Source: an uncultured virus (IMG/VR IMGVR_UViG_3300030107_003727)
Taxonomy: Duplodnaviria; Heunggongvirae; Uroviricota; Caudoviricetes
Reading direction: 5' to 3' (one strand)
DNA length: 64,000 bases
IMG/VR virus record: IMGVR_UViG_3300030107_003727
A program made the translations under genes and the position numbers. The notes under the pieces are model-generated. The model ran no database searches, was not told where the DNA came from, and saw only the letters and a program-made list of their open reading frames with translations. Below are positions 35,463 to 46,313 of this stretch, piece by piece. The first letter of the stretch is position 1. Every line of letters starts with the position of its first letter.

Positions 35463-36238
35463 TGGTCGCAGTTTCCTGTCTTCCATGTAGTTACGCAAAG
35501 GCATGGTCGCCCAGCGATCTGGTTGCCCCGCTTACGGCTTGGCAAAAAGCCGGTAGCACCGTTGGTGTAAGAAACTGGACGGACTCTTCAGGAAACAACA
35601 ACACTTTGTCCCAGTCTTCCAGTGGGGATCAGCCGTCAACAACAACCCTGAATGGTCTAACCATTTTGGATTTTGATGACACCGAAAATGACCACATGGA
35701 TTACGGCGATCTTGACGCTATGGATGTTGGGACCGGCGATTTCTACACGTTTATTGTCATCAATCCCGGCAAAATCAGTGCAAATATGGCTTTGCTGTCA
35801 AAGCATAGTGGTGCAGATGACTTTTTGCTTCGCCTTGCAAGCACCAACAAAATTCAGCAATACATTGGAAGCACTTCTTCGGGAGTTGTTACGGGATCAA
35901 CTTCTGTTTCAACCTCAACCACTTATATCGTTGCGGGATACAGAGCATCCTCTACTTCCTACATTCGTCTTGACGGTTCGCAGGATGGATCAAACAGCAA
36001 CTCTGAAGAGTTGAGCAACGCCCGTACGTTCCACGTTGCAGGCCAAGCGTCTGCGGGAACTGCCGCTAACTACGGCGGAAAAATTGCGGAGATTTTGCTG
36101 GGCGGTGGGACAATTAGCGAAGGCGAAATTCTTGCAATCGAGGGGTATCTAGCAGACAGATTTGGCACGGTCGCCAGTCTTCCATCGACACACAAATACA
36201 AAAAGGGAAAGCCTTGGGGCTTAGGTAAAGTAACATGA
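35462..36238 (+). CDS. LamG/concanavalin A-like virion protein
   Basis: WTDSSGNNN, IRLDG, GKIAEIL, IEGYLA..G pattern. Confidence 0.65.
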   Translation: MVAVSCLPCSYAKAWSPSDLVAPLTAWQKAGSTVGVRNWTDSSGNNNTLSQSSSGDQPSTTTLNGLTILDFDDTENDHMDYGDLDAMDVGTGDFYTFIVINPGKISANMALLSKHSGADDFLLRLASTNKIQQYIGSTSSGVVTGSTSVSTSTTYIVAGYRASSTSYIRLDGSQDGSNSNSEELSNARTFHVAGQASAGTAANYGGKIAEILLGGGTISEGEILAIEGYLADRFGTVASLPSTHKYKKGKPWGLGKVT

Positions 36239-36555
36239 GTTCAGAAGTTTACGCAGCAAAACTTACCGTAGCCGCCAATGGCACTACCGCTACAACTAGC
36301 GATGAGCATTTTGGTGCAGTCATTGCGGTGGTGGTTGACAACAACAGCGGCACTGGTCGTGCCATTTCTTCTTTGGTTGATTCCAATGGAATGGATCTTC
36401 TTGGAAACGCCGACCACTCAGGCACGGGAACAGAGCAGCAATTCAACCAAACCGATATCGGAGGCACTGCCGTTGTGGGAACAATGACTGTGACTTTTGC
36501 AAGTGCCATCGGTGGCAGCGGAACCGCTGACGTTTACGTTTATATCGCACCATGA
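36235..36555 (+). CDS. Small virion structural protein
   Basis: Beta-rich; ATGA coupling. Confidence 0.55.
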   Translation: MSSEVYAAKLTVAANGTTATTSDEHFGAVIAVVVDNNSGTGRAISSLVDSNGMDLLGNADHSGTGTEQQFNQTDIGGTAVVGTMTVTFASAIGGSGTADVYVYIAP

Positions 36556-37589
36556 CCTTAGCACTGACATACGCCAACCTGAAGACTGAAGTAGCGCACA
36601 CGCTGGGCATTGCCACAGATGATGCGTTTTTGCCCCGTGCAATTCAGCGAGGTTTGCGCCAGTTCTATGTTCCTGAGCCATTGCCCGGCGAGCGGGTGTC
36701 TCACCAATGGACTTTTCTCAAGACTGAGGAAACGCTAACCACTCACGCTGCTACCGTTACCGGCACATGCAGTGTTTCAAACACTGCTGTCAGCAGCATC
36801 AGTGTTGCCCAGTTGACAAATGATCCGTTGAGCGTGTCTCACATCTCAATTACTGGGTCAAATGGGACAGTCAACAAGTTTACGGTAAGCGCAATTAGCA
36901 ACATTACTGCTGGTGGCGGCGCTCTCACTATTGACCAAGACTATGAAGACTCTGGGGGTACTGGATCAAGCAGCCTAGCAATCACAGTTCATTACAACGG
37001 AACGTACGCTCTACCTACAAAGTTCGCTGGCATCGAGGGAGTGATCGTTTACGACAGTTTCTTCGGGACAGATCCGCAGCGGAGCGACATGTCAATCGAA
37101 GTCACGGACATTACAAAACTTCGTGACAAGTTCCAATACCTTGATGACCGTGATGACAAGCCTCTGTCTGCTGCGGTGTTTGCAACTAACGCTGGGGCCG
37201 CCTCTTCGGCTACCGGAACCCAGCACCGCATCCAAATTTATCCAATCCCTGACGCTGCGTATCGTTTGCGCTACGTCATGGTCAACGAGCCGGACCAACT
37301 TGATAATGATTCTGAAATCCCGTTGGGAGGCGTTTTGCACGCAGAAACTATTCTTGCGTCTTGCCTCAGCATCGCGGAACAGGTCATTGTTCCTTCATCC
37401 CCACACCGCTACCGCGAACACTACTTGGCTCGTTTGCGTGCAAGTGTGGAACTAGATCGTCAAGCCTACACCACCGAGAATCTTGGGTACAACGGCGACC
37501 CCTCGGATCATAAGTTTACTGACGCTAACTTCAAACGCATCCTTCGTAGGCCGGATGTGAGCGTCACAGTTAACGGGACACAATACTAA
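36552..37589 (+). CDS. Head-tail adaptor/tail tubular protein-like
   Basis: TYANLK.EVA N-terminus, W.FL and IYPIPDAAY motifs. Confidence 0.6.
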   Translation: MTLALTYANLKTEVAHTLGIATDDAFLPRAIQRGLRQFYVPEPLPGERVSHQWTFLKTEETLTTHAATVTGTCSVSNTAVSSISVAQLTNDPLSVSHISITGSNGTVNKFTVSAISNITAGGGALTIDQDYEDSGGTGSSSLAITVHYNGTYALPTKFAGIEGVIVYDSFFGTDPQRSDMSIEVTDITKLRDKFQYLDDRDDKPLSAAVFATNAGAASSATGTQHRIQIYPIPDAAYRLRYVMVNEPDQLDNDSEIPLGGVLHAETILASCLSIAEQVIVPSSPHRYREHYLARLRASVELDRQAYTTENLGYNGDPSDHKFTDANFKRILRRPDVSVTVNGTQY

Positions 37590-37804
37590 TGTCTGGACAT
37601 AACATTGCAGAACAACTTCGCCAGTCGGAGCATGGCTACACCGAAGGCATTTTGACTTCGCTAATTTCGGCTGGGTCTGGCGCACCTGATGGTGACACTG
37701 CCGGGTACATCTACATCCGAACAGACGGTACTGACGAAGACACACGGCTCTATCTGCGCGGCGATACTTCCGCAAACGATTGGACCGCTGTCGCAGCACC
37801 GTAA
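37589..37804 (+). CDS. Small virion-associated protein
   Basis: GSGAP..G.IYIRTDG motif; operon coupling. Confidence 0.55.
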   Translation: MSGHNIAEQLRQSEHGYTEGILTSLISAGSGAPDGDTAGYIYIRTDGTDEDTRLYLRGDTSANDWTAVAAP

Positions 37805-37817
37805 TAAGGAGTAACCA

Positions 37818-38252
37818 ATGCCAACTCAAGTAGTAAGGCCAACAACAGCACTTGGCACAGGCATCTTTGCAGCCAATGGTTTGTCCGAAAAGTTTGCAAT
37901 GAAGGTGTTTGAATACAGTGGTCAGCACACTATCCCGTTGCAAGAAGTCACTGGTACTGGCGACTCTCGTACTGCCGGACCCGTGTACGAACACGGGGAC
38001 ATTGCCTACTCGCAGTTTCGTCTCACAGGCTGCATGGTGGCTGCCGTGGCGCTTGGCCTTGAAAACTTGAACAACCAAATTGCAAGTGGGACATCGCAAT
38101 TATCTCTACAACTTAGTTTTGGAGAACCAAATAACCAAGGCAACAAATCAGTTGTGGTAGAGTCCATTCAAGTTCAAGCGTCCATGAGACAATCCGCAAT
38201 CGTAGGAGTGGTAATCAGTGGCCGATACGTTGAAGACGCTCTCGCTGGATGA
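37818..38252 (+). CDS. Hypothetical structural protein
   Basis: AAGGAG RBS; late operon. Confidence 0.6.
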   Translation: MPTQVVRPTTALGTGIFAANGLSEKFAMKVFEYSGQHTIPLQEVTGTGDSRTAGPVYEHGDIAYSQFRLTGCMVAAVALGLENLNNQIASGTSQLSLQLSFGEPNNQGNKSVVVESIQVQASMRQSAIVGVVISGRYVEDALAG

Positions 38253-38745
38253 ACAGTTTGAGCAAATGAAAGATGTCACCTTTGAGGATGCTTTTGCATC
38301 TGTCTTTGGTGGCGTGCAAACACCGCAGCAAACTCCAGAGCAAACTCCGGTGCAAAACCCCGAGCAAGCCCCGGAGCAAGCCCCGGAGCAAGCCCCTATG
38401 CAGCAGTCTGAAACACTGATGCCTAGTGACATTCCAGAGTTTTCCGGCAGTTCCGGCGATGGGGGCAACTCCTTCAACACAACTGTTGACAACATCAATA
38501 TGAGTGATAAGGACCGTGAGACTCTTAAAGACTTCATGGCAGACCCCCCTCGCGTTTCAACAAGACAGGGGGCCAATCCGCTTGATGTGCCGCAGTTTGC
38601 TCCGGGTCTGATTACGCCACAGCAGCCGACAGAATTCAACAGGGCTGCGCAACAGGCTGCTAACTCTGGCGCAGACATGGAGGATATGCTCAAGGCTTTG
38701 CAGGAACTTCCTGACAAGATTGTGAGAGCCTTGCGTGACGGATAG
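38218..38745 (+). CDS. Hypothetical protein with QxPE repeats
   Basis: 12-nt tandem repeats ~38317-38406 (QTPQ/QTPE/QAPE). Confidence 0.55.
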   Translation: MADTLKTLSLDEQFEQMKDVTFEDAFASVFGGVQTPQQTPEQTPVQNPEQAPEQAPEQAPMQQSETLMPSDIPEFSGSSGDGGNSFNTTVDNINMSDKDRETLKDFMADPPRVSTRQGANPLDVPQFAPGLITPQQPTEFNRAAQQAANSGADMEDMLKALQELPDKIVRALRDG

Positions 38746-39646
38746 AAGACTTATCCCAAGGCCGTTCAACGGTCTTTCTGCTCGCTGGACTTCTAACTAT
38801 GGGTCCGGCAACCAGTTTTCTACGAAGGCGTACTATCGGTACAGATTCAGCGACAATCTTTCTGAGGCTGCTCTTTTGCTTGACGCGCAAAAGGCGTTTG
38901 TTGCCTATTTGGCTGGTCAGGGGCAGCCGGGTATTGGCGACGGAGACGACACTGATCCTTCAAGCCAAGACACTGTTGTAGGAAACTACATTCGCTCAAA
39001 GACTCACTTGACTGGGTACTACGGCCAAGTGCTGCTGCAAAACATTACGGCGCGGGTAGTTACGCCCGGCTTGATTGAGATGACGGCAGTTTTTGTAGGG
39101 GAAGAGTCGTTCGACAGTAGTGTTTCTGCCGACACAATTATGATTTACACGGCTGGCGGTGTCACAAACAATTATGGCATTCCAGACTCCAGACTGATTA
39201 ATCAGTTCCCAGACGAAAATCCGCAAAACATTGACCTAAACGCCCACATTGGCGGGGATGCCTTGACCCGCCAGCCATTTACCCGGTCAATCATTCAATA
39301 CACCCCGTTGGTAATTGACCAAAATGGTCCGTACGCAAGTGGTTGGGCGGCAAATGTTGGCAAAATTAATAGCAATAGGTTTCTTGTTCCGTTTGGGCCT
39401 GATGCAGAAACACGGTGGTGGGATCCGGGTTATGTTCGACTTGACGGTTTTCAAACCGCCCCCCGCCCTTTGCTTGAAGCAGACGGCGGAGTGGCGTGGG
39501 CAACTCGGTATCAATTCTCGATTTGCAGCACCGCTTGGGTGAATCAAGCGATTGAGACTTTTACAGATGCGGACGACAACGTGCGTGGTAAAATAATTTA
39601 CGAATTTCAATACCAATTTGGGTATTTTTCATACCTTTACTCCTGA
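38735..39646 (+). CDS. Hypothetical tail-region protein
   Basis: 303-aa ORF coupled to neighbours. Confidence 0.6.
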   Translation: MTDRRLIPRPFNGLSARWTSNYGSGNQFSTKAYYRYRFSDNLSEAALLLDAQKAFVAYLAGQGQPGIGDGDDTDPSSQDTVVGNYIRSKTHLTGYYGQVLLQNITARVVTPGLIEMTAVFVGEESFDSSVSADTIMIYTAGGVTNNYGIPDSRLINQFPDENPQNIDLNAHIGGDALTRQPFTRSIIQYTPLVIDQNGPYASGWAANVGKINSNRFLVPFGPDAETRWWDPGYVRLDGFQTAPRPLLEADGGVAWATRYQFSICSTAWVNQAIETFTDADDNVRGKIIYEFQYQFGYFSYLYS

Positions 39647-40353
39647 TGTCAGCAAAAAATCCATTTAGCGAAGAGTTTCAGCGAAAGTTCGAGGAATTGA
39701 GCCGGTCTGTTGAATTGCTTGAATCTCGAATTGGAGAGTCGCAACGATCATTTGGTCAGTTGTTTGATCGTGTCGGCGGCGGTGACGCAACCAATCAGTT
39801 CATCTTGTTTTGCTACATCGCTTCAGGTGGCCTAAACGACCCAGATGCACCTGACGATAAAGATGCTGGATTCTATGTTTTGGTCCCCGCGTTTGATTTC
39901 TACGACTCTTTGTTTTTGCCCGGCGAAAAAGAATTAGCATCATTTGACGACATGATGAAAAGAATCGGCGTTCCCAAATTTGTTTTGGAACAATTTGACA
40001 ACGGGCAAACTACCGCTAGAAACATCTGTGATACGAACTACAAGGCTCCTACCACCGGCAAGCCTGACATCGTAAAAAACTTGCACGGCGTTTCTGCGCC
40101 AAACAACCCAGATGACACCAGTATCCCCGGAACTGTTTCAGTATTGCCTTTGGCTGTGCGGAACCCTGATTCTGGGGTTGGTGGAGTGCCGGTTATTTTT
40201 ACTCGTGGAGAGTTTGGTCGCGTTCATGTGGGGTTGTACGGAAAAAACGATTTGCAAGTTGCTTGCGCTCAAACCTCTGACCCAGAGGGTTTTGCTCGCA
40301 GAATGAAAAACGCAAACAAGCGGTGGAAGGATTTGGGAAGGCGCATTAGATGA
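39646..40353 (+). CDS. Hypothetical tail-region protein
   Basis: 235-aa ORF coupled to neighbours. Confidence 0.6.
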   Translation: MSAKNPFSEEFQRKFEELSRSVELLESRIGESQRSFGQLFDRVGGGDATNQFILFCYIASGGLNDPDAPDDKDAGFYVLVPAFDFYDSLFLPGEKELASFDDMMKRIGVPKFVLEQFDNGQTTARNICDTNYKAPTTGKPDIVKNLHGVSAPNNPDDTSIPGTVSVLPLAVRNPDSGVGGVPVIFTRGEFGRVHVGLYGKNDLQVACAQTSDPEGFARRMKNANKRWKDLGRRIR

Positions 40354-43300
40354 GCCTTTTGCAAAAGGTCGGCTGTTGTAGTTGTTCTGTTCCTGAACTT
40401 CCATGCAACAACTGCAACACAGATCGTTGCACTTGTGGACCGTCTGAAGCACAGCCCCAAACTGTGCCAGTCACTTCAGTACACATTGAAATATCTGAAA
40501 TGTCTACAAGCCGTTTTTCGGCAGATATTGAAGATTCAAGTGCTTGGCACTACCGCGCAAACAAATCTTGGCGCAACACCGAAATGGGGGTCAAATTTAA
40601 CCGGCTGATGAGCAAAATCGGCAGTCTGGTGTTGCGCGCTAATTTTTACGCTGAAGGCTACCGCATTGGCGACCACATGCCCGTTTCGCAAATCACTAGT
40701 CGGCTCTACCCGTTGACTATTCCTGCGGGACGGTGGGGCAATTATCCCAGACAAGGGGAAAACACCCTAAAGACTGTTTGCGGGCCATGTGGTGACAAAT
40801 CCGGTGGGTTTACCCCTTGTGGAGACGATGCGGTTGTTTGTTGCCGGTGCAACGAACAGGGTTCTGCACATGATTGTTTTGCTGTCTCCACCTACGACTG
40901 CCTTGCGTCACAAGGCACTGTGCTGGGGCCGTACGATGGCGGGCCATTAAGCCCGTCCTGTAGCACTTGCACTGATTCGTGTAATGGCTGGAATTCCGGG
41001 CTTGTGGGTGTTGTGCAACGCTCATACAACCTTGTTAAAGACGCTTTTTTTCGTGGCGGTGGAAACCTGTTTAGAGCCGCGTTTAGTAAAAAAATCAGCG
41101 TTCAAAAAGACAAAAATGTTTCGGCACAACTGCACAAGCGTCGGCTTTTGGTGCAAACATCAACTGAGACTTCAGACGACCCGCAAATTTTTACTGAAGA
41201 GCAAACGCTCATTGTTGCAAAAGGTGAAGGACAACTCGAACGCACCGAGAGTAGAGTCCGTATTCCAATTACTACAACGGTCGAACACGAGGGAGAAATT
41301 CTTGAACTTTCGGGCGGTATGGGAACAGGTATTGGCGGCGGCGGCCCCGGCGGTGGGGGAGGTGGTGGTGACGAGTTTGATTGCGAAAATGTCCCTTGTA
41401 TTACAGGTACTGCTTGTGGGCCGGGTTGCAGGTGCGTTGCGGGTAGGTGCTTGCCCATTCCACAACCCGTTACTTGTCAGCAACACTGCGGCGGAATAAA
41501 TGATTGCACTCAACGTGGAGAGTGGTGGGAAAAATACGGCAAGGATATTGACCAAAGTAAAGATGGGGTTTGGAACTACATTTCATCGAGCATGGATTGT
41601 TGCAATGCCTCTTACGCCGGAACCAGCATCACGGTTGAAATGGATTGGCCGTGCGAAGAAACCGCTAACGCATACATCAAAGCAAGGCAGAAGTACGATT
41701 TTGGTCAGGCTGCTTTCAAAGAAGCCCAAAGATATTGCGCTGAAAATCCGGGCGATGCAGAATGTGGGCAAGCCGGTAACACTGTAAAACCTGAATGTTG
41801 CAACACGTTGGCGCAAGAGTTGATTGGGGCTATGCCTCCAACCACTATCCCGTGCATTAAGCATTGCCCTTTGCAGCCAACTTGTGATGACGATTATGTT
41901 CGATGGCCGCAAGGTGATAAACAACCATTTGGTGACAACGTAGAGCAAAGTATTTCGTGCATGGGTGGGGTGAAAGTCGAGGGAACTTTTGATCCAGAAG
42001 AAGACTACACGCCATCTATTGAAGGCCCGGATGACGTTTCTCCCGCAATTCTCACTCCAACTGGCAGTAGCCCCTGCCAGTTTTTGACAAACCCTGTTAA
42101 TAGAAACTGGGCCGCTTATTGCAACGGTGGACATCAGTGTGGAGAAGGCTCTTATTGCGGCCCACAATTCTGTTGCCATGAAGCCGATTGCTATAACTCT
42201 AATTGTTGCGAGCAAATCCTTGATTACAACCCAAACACCGGAGAGCCTGTAACCGACGAGGAAAGGTTGTATTTAGGGCCAGATAAGGAACTTTGCCCGT
42301 ATGGTCTTGCAGATGACGGAAATGGAAATATCGGCGGGTGGTCCGCAATTCCAGATGCAGACGGCGTTTACCACAGGTGCAAACGACCACTGGCAGACTG
42401 TGAGTTCGCTGTTGGGGATCAAACTGTTACGGAAAAAGGCTGCGAATACCAACCTGCCCCCGAAAGAGATTGCGCCTCCAACTGTCCACAAGGGCAAAAC
42501 GTACCGCCCTGTTGTTCTGGCGGAGATTTTTGCTCCCCAAGCGGCGATGTGATTTCTTGGATGATTCCGCGCAAACGTCCCGGCGGCGGGCCTCAAGGTA
42601 TTTACAGCCGACATTGCCCTGACACTATTGAGCCATTTACACCAAACGGGCCAAGTAAATACATCAACCCAAATTGCAGAAGAGAAATTGCGCCTATTCC
42701 GGGCGACCCCGGTTATTGCCAGTGGGACCGTACTAACCCAGTGGGAACTCTTTGCGTTGGTGGGCTTTGCAGATATCTGAATTCACCTCGCGGCGAAAAC
42801 GGTGAAGGAAATTGGGGCGATCCATTCCACATGTGGTTGAATCAACCTCTACCAGATGGGTTGACGGGTATATGCGGTGATGACTTTTGGAAACCGTGTG
42901 TTAAAAAGCCCACCGGGTATTCTGATATTTGCACGCCTAATCAGTGGGAAACAGACGATGATAGGAACCATGACCCGTCAGCGTGCGGCGAATCCCCGTG
43001 TGACGATATAGTTACACCCGGAGGCAAAACTTGTGTGCGTTGTCAATGCAAAGGACAAGGACGGAGCGTAATTAACGGAATGAATCAGCCGTGTAATGTT
43101 CGGCCCTGTGGTGGTGTTGGGTGTAGAGAAGCCACGATGGGCAAATGGATAGACGGGTATTATTCAGAAGAAATGGGTTTGCAGTTGGTTTCGGTCCATT
43201 GTTCGCCCCTGCCAACCAAATCCTTTGAAAGAACTACCACTTACATAGCGGGCGAGTGTGATAATTTTGAAGAACGTCAGCAACTTGGATTTGAAAAGGC

Positions 43301-43649
43301 TTTCCAAATAAGTTTGGAATACAAGGGTGGTGGGACTTCCTACGATTACGGTTCTGGGACTGTTGGAAGACAGGGCCAAGGAACCTTCACTCTTATTAAA
43401 GATTACAATGCACCTGATGACTGTATTTTTGGGTCGTACAACGATTTGCTTGACGGTGCATGGAGTACAGGTGGCGGAGCCGGTCCCGCCCCGTATTGGG
43501 ATAGAAACAACCCCGGTAACGGGTTCTACTACAAAAATGGATTAAATTACAACTCAGAGAACGAGCCAGAATGTGACAAAGACATTTGGAAGCGGGCAGG
43601 CGCGTCTCCAAGTTGCAAATGGTCAAACCCAAGAGCGGTGATTCTATGA
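40350..43649 (+). CDS. Large cysteine-rich protein (possible receptor-binding protein)
   Basis: 1099 aa, ~77 Cys by manual count, Gly linker, tail-region position. Confidence 0.65.
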   Translation: MSLLQKVGCCSCSVPELPCNNCNTDRCTCGPSEAQPQTVPVTSVHIEISEMSTSRFSADIEDSSAWHYRANKSWRNTEMGVKFNRLMSKIGSLVLRANFYAEGYRIGDHMPVSQITSRLYPLTIPAGRWGNYPRQGENTLKTVCGPCGDKSGGFTPCGDDAVVCCRCNEQGSAHDCFAVSTYDCLASQGTVLGPYDGGPLSPSCSTCTDSCNGWNSGLVGVVQRSYNLVKDAFFRGGGNLFRAAFSKKISVQKDKNVSAQLHKRRLLVQTSTETSDDPQIFTEEQTLIVAKGEGQLERTESRVRIPITTTVEHEGEILELSGGMGTGIGGGGPGGGGGGGDEFDCENVPCITGTACGPGCRCVAGRCLPIPQPVTCQQHCGGINDCTQRGEWWEKYGKDIDQSKDGVWNYISSSMDCCNASYAGTSITVEMDWPCEETANAYIKARQKYDFGQAAFKEAQRYCAENPGDAECGQAGNTVKPECCNTLAQELIGAMPPTTIPCIKHCPLQPTCDDDYVRWPQGDKQPFGDNVEQSISCMGGVKVEGTFDPEEDYTPSIEGPDDVSPAILTPTGSSPCQFLTNPVNRNWAAYCNGGHQCGEGSYCGPQFCCHEADCYNSNCCEQILDYNPNTGEPVTDEERLYLGPDKELCPYGLADDGNGNIGGWSAIPDADGVYHRCKRPLADCEFAVGDQTVTEKGCEYQPAPERDCASNCPQGQNVPPCCSGGDFCSPSGDVISWMIPRKRPGGGPQGIYSRHCPDTIEPFTPNGPSKYINPNCRREIAPIPGDPGYCQWDRTNPVGTLCVGGLCRYLNSPRGENGEGNWGDPFHMWLNQPLPDGLTGICGDDFWKPCVKKPTGYSDICTPNQWETDDDRNHDPSACGESPCDDIVTPGGKTCVRCQCKGQGRSVINGMNQPCNVRPCGGVGCREATMGKWIDGYYSEEMGLQLVSVHCSPLPTKSFERTTTYIAGECDNFEERQQLGFEKAFQISLEYKGGGTSYDYGSGTVGRQGQGTFTLIKDYNAPDDCIFGSYNDLLDGAWSTGGGAGPAPYWDRNNPGNGFYYKNGLNYNSENEPECDKDIWKRAGASPSCKWSNPRAVIL

Positions 43650-44251
43650 AAGACAACACTATTGATTATTTGGTCCCTCCTTCAAACATCCAGTGTTCGC
43701 AGTGGGAAAACATTGACTCCAGATATCACGGAGTTTGTAAAGCGGGTATGTTTGGCGGTGCGCCGAGCAAAGGAACCTGCATGCTGAAATGTGACAATTT
43801 CCTGAGCGAAAACCCCAATTTTGACCGCCAGCAATATGCGGCTGATTTGACCCTCTACGGGTATCGGGTTTTTGAGTATCCAACCACAGGGCTAGGCGAT
43901 TATGTGCATTGGATCATCAAGATTCTGACATTGGGGCTAGTTCCTATGTGTTCTGCGTGCAGCCGCCGTCGAGCGGTTTTGAACCGATGGTGGTTCAATT
44001 TGTTCCGCAAACTGACAGGATCTGGCTATGTCGGCCTTGACCCAGAAGACAAATTGTACAGGTGGAAAGCGGACGCAGCCCCCCCTCCAAACGCTGTTGA
44101 TAGTGAAGACAAGGGGATGAGCCAGATGAATTCGTTCCAAGGCGTTGATGACCCGGTTCGGGAACCCAAGAAATGCAGCCCATGTGAGGCCCGGCGCAAG
44201 GCTGAGGAAGCCCGGCGCAAAAAGGAGCAGGAGCAAAACGATGACACTTGA
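43646..44251 (+). CDS. Cys-containing hypothetical protein
   Basis: GLGD.V..C..C.RR..LN motif; ATGA coupling. Confidence 0.6.
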   Translation: MKDNTIDYLVPPSNIQCSQWENIDSRYHGVCKAGMFGGAPSKGTCMLKCDNFLSENPNFDRQQYAADLTLYGYRVFEYPTTGLGDYVHWIIKILTLGLVPMCSACSRRRAVLNRWWFNLFRKLTGSGYVGLDPEDKLYRWKADAAPPPNAVDSEDKGMSQMNSFQGVDDPVREPKKCSPCEARRKAEEARRKKEQEQNDDT

Positions 44252-44612
44252 ATACAGAGGCTCTACAAACGACCGATACTCCCTAATTAACCTTACCGCT
44301 GAAGGTGAATCTTCCGATGCTTTCTATGCAGGAGCGTTTAGTTTCGGCAGTTTTATCCTTATGGCTGACCCTGATGGTGGGGTTGGCAGCCTCGGCAGCA
44401 CAACGGTAGTTATGGAAGTTTCGGTAGATGGCGAAAACTGGGCAAATCCAGAGTACCCATTCGGGCCTAACCACTACCTTTCAAGCGGTCGCCCCGCATT
44501 GGTCAACGTTGACCTTCGGGGCATATACGCGGTTCGATTCACGGTCAGCAAAGCAGACGGCGCAGCCGACCCGAAAGCGCAAATCAGAGTATTCATGCAA
44601 CACATGGGGTGA
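44241..44612 (+). CDS. Small beta-rich structural protein
   Basis: EVSVDGENW..VRF pattern; GGAG RBS. Confidence 0.55.
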   Translation: MTLEYRGSTNDRYSLINLTAEGESSDAFYAGAFSFGSFILMADPDGGVGSLGSTTVVMEVSVDGENWANPEYPFGPNHYLSSGRPALVNVDLRGIYAVRFTVSKADGAADPKAQIRVFMQHMG

Positions 44613-44615
44613 CTT

Positions 44616-45926
44616 TTGGCAATTTTAAGATGGGCAGGCGGCGCAACCGCTACGGCACAAGTAAGTACGTTGACACCGGGCGGAACCATTGAAGCGGGTG
44701 ACGTTTTCAATGTCATCCTTACTGGTGAAGATGGTGTGGCGCAAACTGAGGCTGTGACAGCAACCGGAACCTCTGTTGCACAGGTTTGTGACGACATTGT
44801 TTTGCAGTGCAACGCATCATCTCAATCCTTGTTTAAAAACGTCACTTTTACGGACCAAACATCACGAGTAGATGTAACTGCAAACTCTGCGGGTGTTCCG
44901 TTCTACCTGACCGAGACAACCACTGAAAGTGGTGGTGGATCGCAAGATAACCAGACTTTCGCGGTGGGATCAACCACGGCAAGTTCTGGCCCAAACGATT
45001 ACAACGTGCTTGCAAACTGGGTTGAGTCAGATGGCACTGCGCCGTCTGCTGTGCCTGCTTCCAATGACGAGGTGTTCTTTTCTACCGGAAGCCATGACGT
45101 TCTGTATGGGCTAGATCAGTCAAGCGTCAACCTTAAGCAGTTCCGTGTTACAAGCGGGTACTCCGGCGGGATCGGGCAAGCGGATATTCCACTCAAAATT
45201 GATGTCTCTAATGTTACTGATTCGGTTATGCCCTACTTGGCTTTAGGTAGTTCGGGTCGCAGGGTCAACATTGAAGGCACATTTGACCAAGTTGTTGTTA
45301 CCAAAAACAGTGGAACTATTGATATCAAGGTCACAGACGTTGACATATTTACCATTGTTGGCCCCGCGTCTAAGGGTCTTATACGAATCAAGAATGGTTC
45401 ATCCTTCCTTGCGAGTGGAAGCGGCGGAACGGGATTGTTTAGGCAAACTGGGGTCGATGGATTAACAACCGTCATTGAGTCTGGTGTTACAGCAATTCTC
45501 GAAATGCGTGTAGAAGGCGGCTACATTGAAACCTCTTCTAGCGTTGGTGCTGCAAACGCAAACGAACTCAATGTCCACCGTGGGACTGTTTGCTTCAAAG
45601 GAAGCGCAGCGTGCAAAACCGTCAACGTGTTTGGCGGAACCTTGAAATGGCAAAGCGACCAGCACATTGGGTCGTCTACGAACACCCCAGTAACCATATT
45701 TGGTGGTCGCGTGGATGTGACCAAGAACACAAGAGTTGGTGCGCTTAACGTCTACACGCCAACAGTATTCAACGGAACTTTGGACATCTCGGCGGAAACC
45801 GGCAATGTTGCAATGTCCTCACCTGACTCGCAACAAGGAACGGTCTACTTCGGAGAGGTCATCTATCCAAGAGTTGCTGGTCAGACCAGTGGCACTGCGA
45901 AGAACAACACTCGGAACCTGATCTAA
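44616..45926 (+). CDS. Putative tail protein (beta-helix-like C-terminus)
   Basis: T/G/S/V-rich with repeated xxGG turns. Confidence 0.55.
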   Translation: MAILRWAGGATATAQVSTLTPGGTIEAGDVFNVILTGEDGVAQTEAVTATGTSVAQVCDDIVLQCNASSQSLFKNVTFTDQTSRVDVTANSAGVPFYLTETTTESGGGSQDNQTFAVGSTTASSGPNDYNVLANWVESDGTAPSAVPASNDEVFFSTGSHDVLYGLDQSSVNLKQFRVTSGYSGGIGQADIPLKIDVSNVTDSVMPYLALGSSGRRVNIEGTFDQVVVTKNSGTIDIKVTDVDIFTIVGPASKGLIRIKNGSSFLASGSGGTGLFRQTGVDGLTTVIESGVTAILEMRVEGGYIETSSSVGAANANELNVHRGTVCFKGSAACKTVNVFGGTLKWQSDQHIGSSTNTPVTIFGGRVDVTKNTRVGALNVYTPTVFNGTLDISAETGNVAMSSPDSQQGTVYFGEVIYPRVAGQTSGTAKNNTRNLI

Positions 45927-45927
45927 T

Positions 45928-46257
45928 ATGGCACGCCCTGACCGACGACGCAAAGGGAAATCAAACACGCCGGACCAAAGGTATCGCATTAACCCTATGA
46001 CGGGTAAGCGGGAACTTCGTCCTGAGTTTCAACCCGGATACCAGTCTCCGTTTCCAAACCCGCTAGACCAAAAGCAGTTTCCTGACCCTGCACCCGGAAA
46101 CAACCAGCGTCGTCAACCCGGACTGCCACCATTTGAGTTGCCGTCTGACTATCCGGTGCAAATGTCTGGCGGTCGCAGAAGGCCGGGTGCTGGTCTGCCA
46201 CACAACCCTGCAACATGGCCGGGGGAAACTGAGACTAGGCCAGACCCTCTAAATAAT
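45928..46257 (+). CDS. Pro-rich hypothetical protein, interrupted by gap
   Basis: ORF runs into the N gap. Confidence 0.45.
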
Positions 46258-46267
46258 NNNNNNNNNN
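46258..46267. other. Scaffold gap (10 N)
   Basis: Run of N. Confidence 1.
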
Positions 46268-46313
46268 ACACAAACCAAGTCTTTTTGACCCCGGCATTGA
46301 TATAGATGAAACT

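Larger units (their letters stand above)
1..46257. mobile_element. Tailed phage genome, copy A (near complete, circularly permuted, podovirus-like organisation)
   Basis: TerL, portal, scaffold, capsid, replication and ejection-type genes; gene order restarts at ~46440 (offset 46438); no host genes. Confidence 0.92.
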
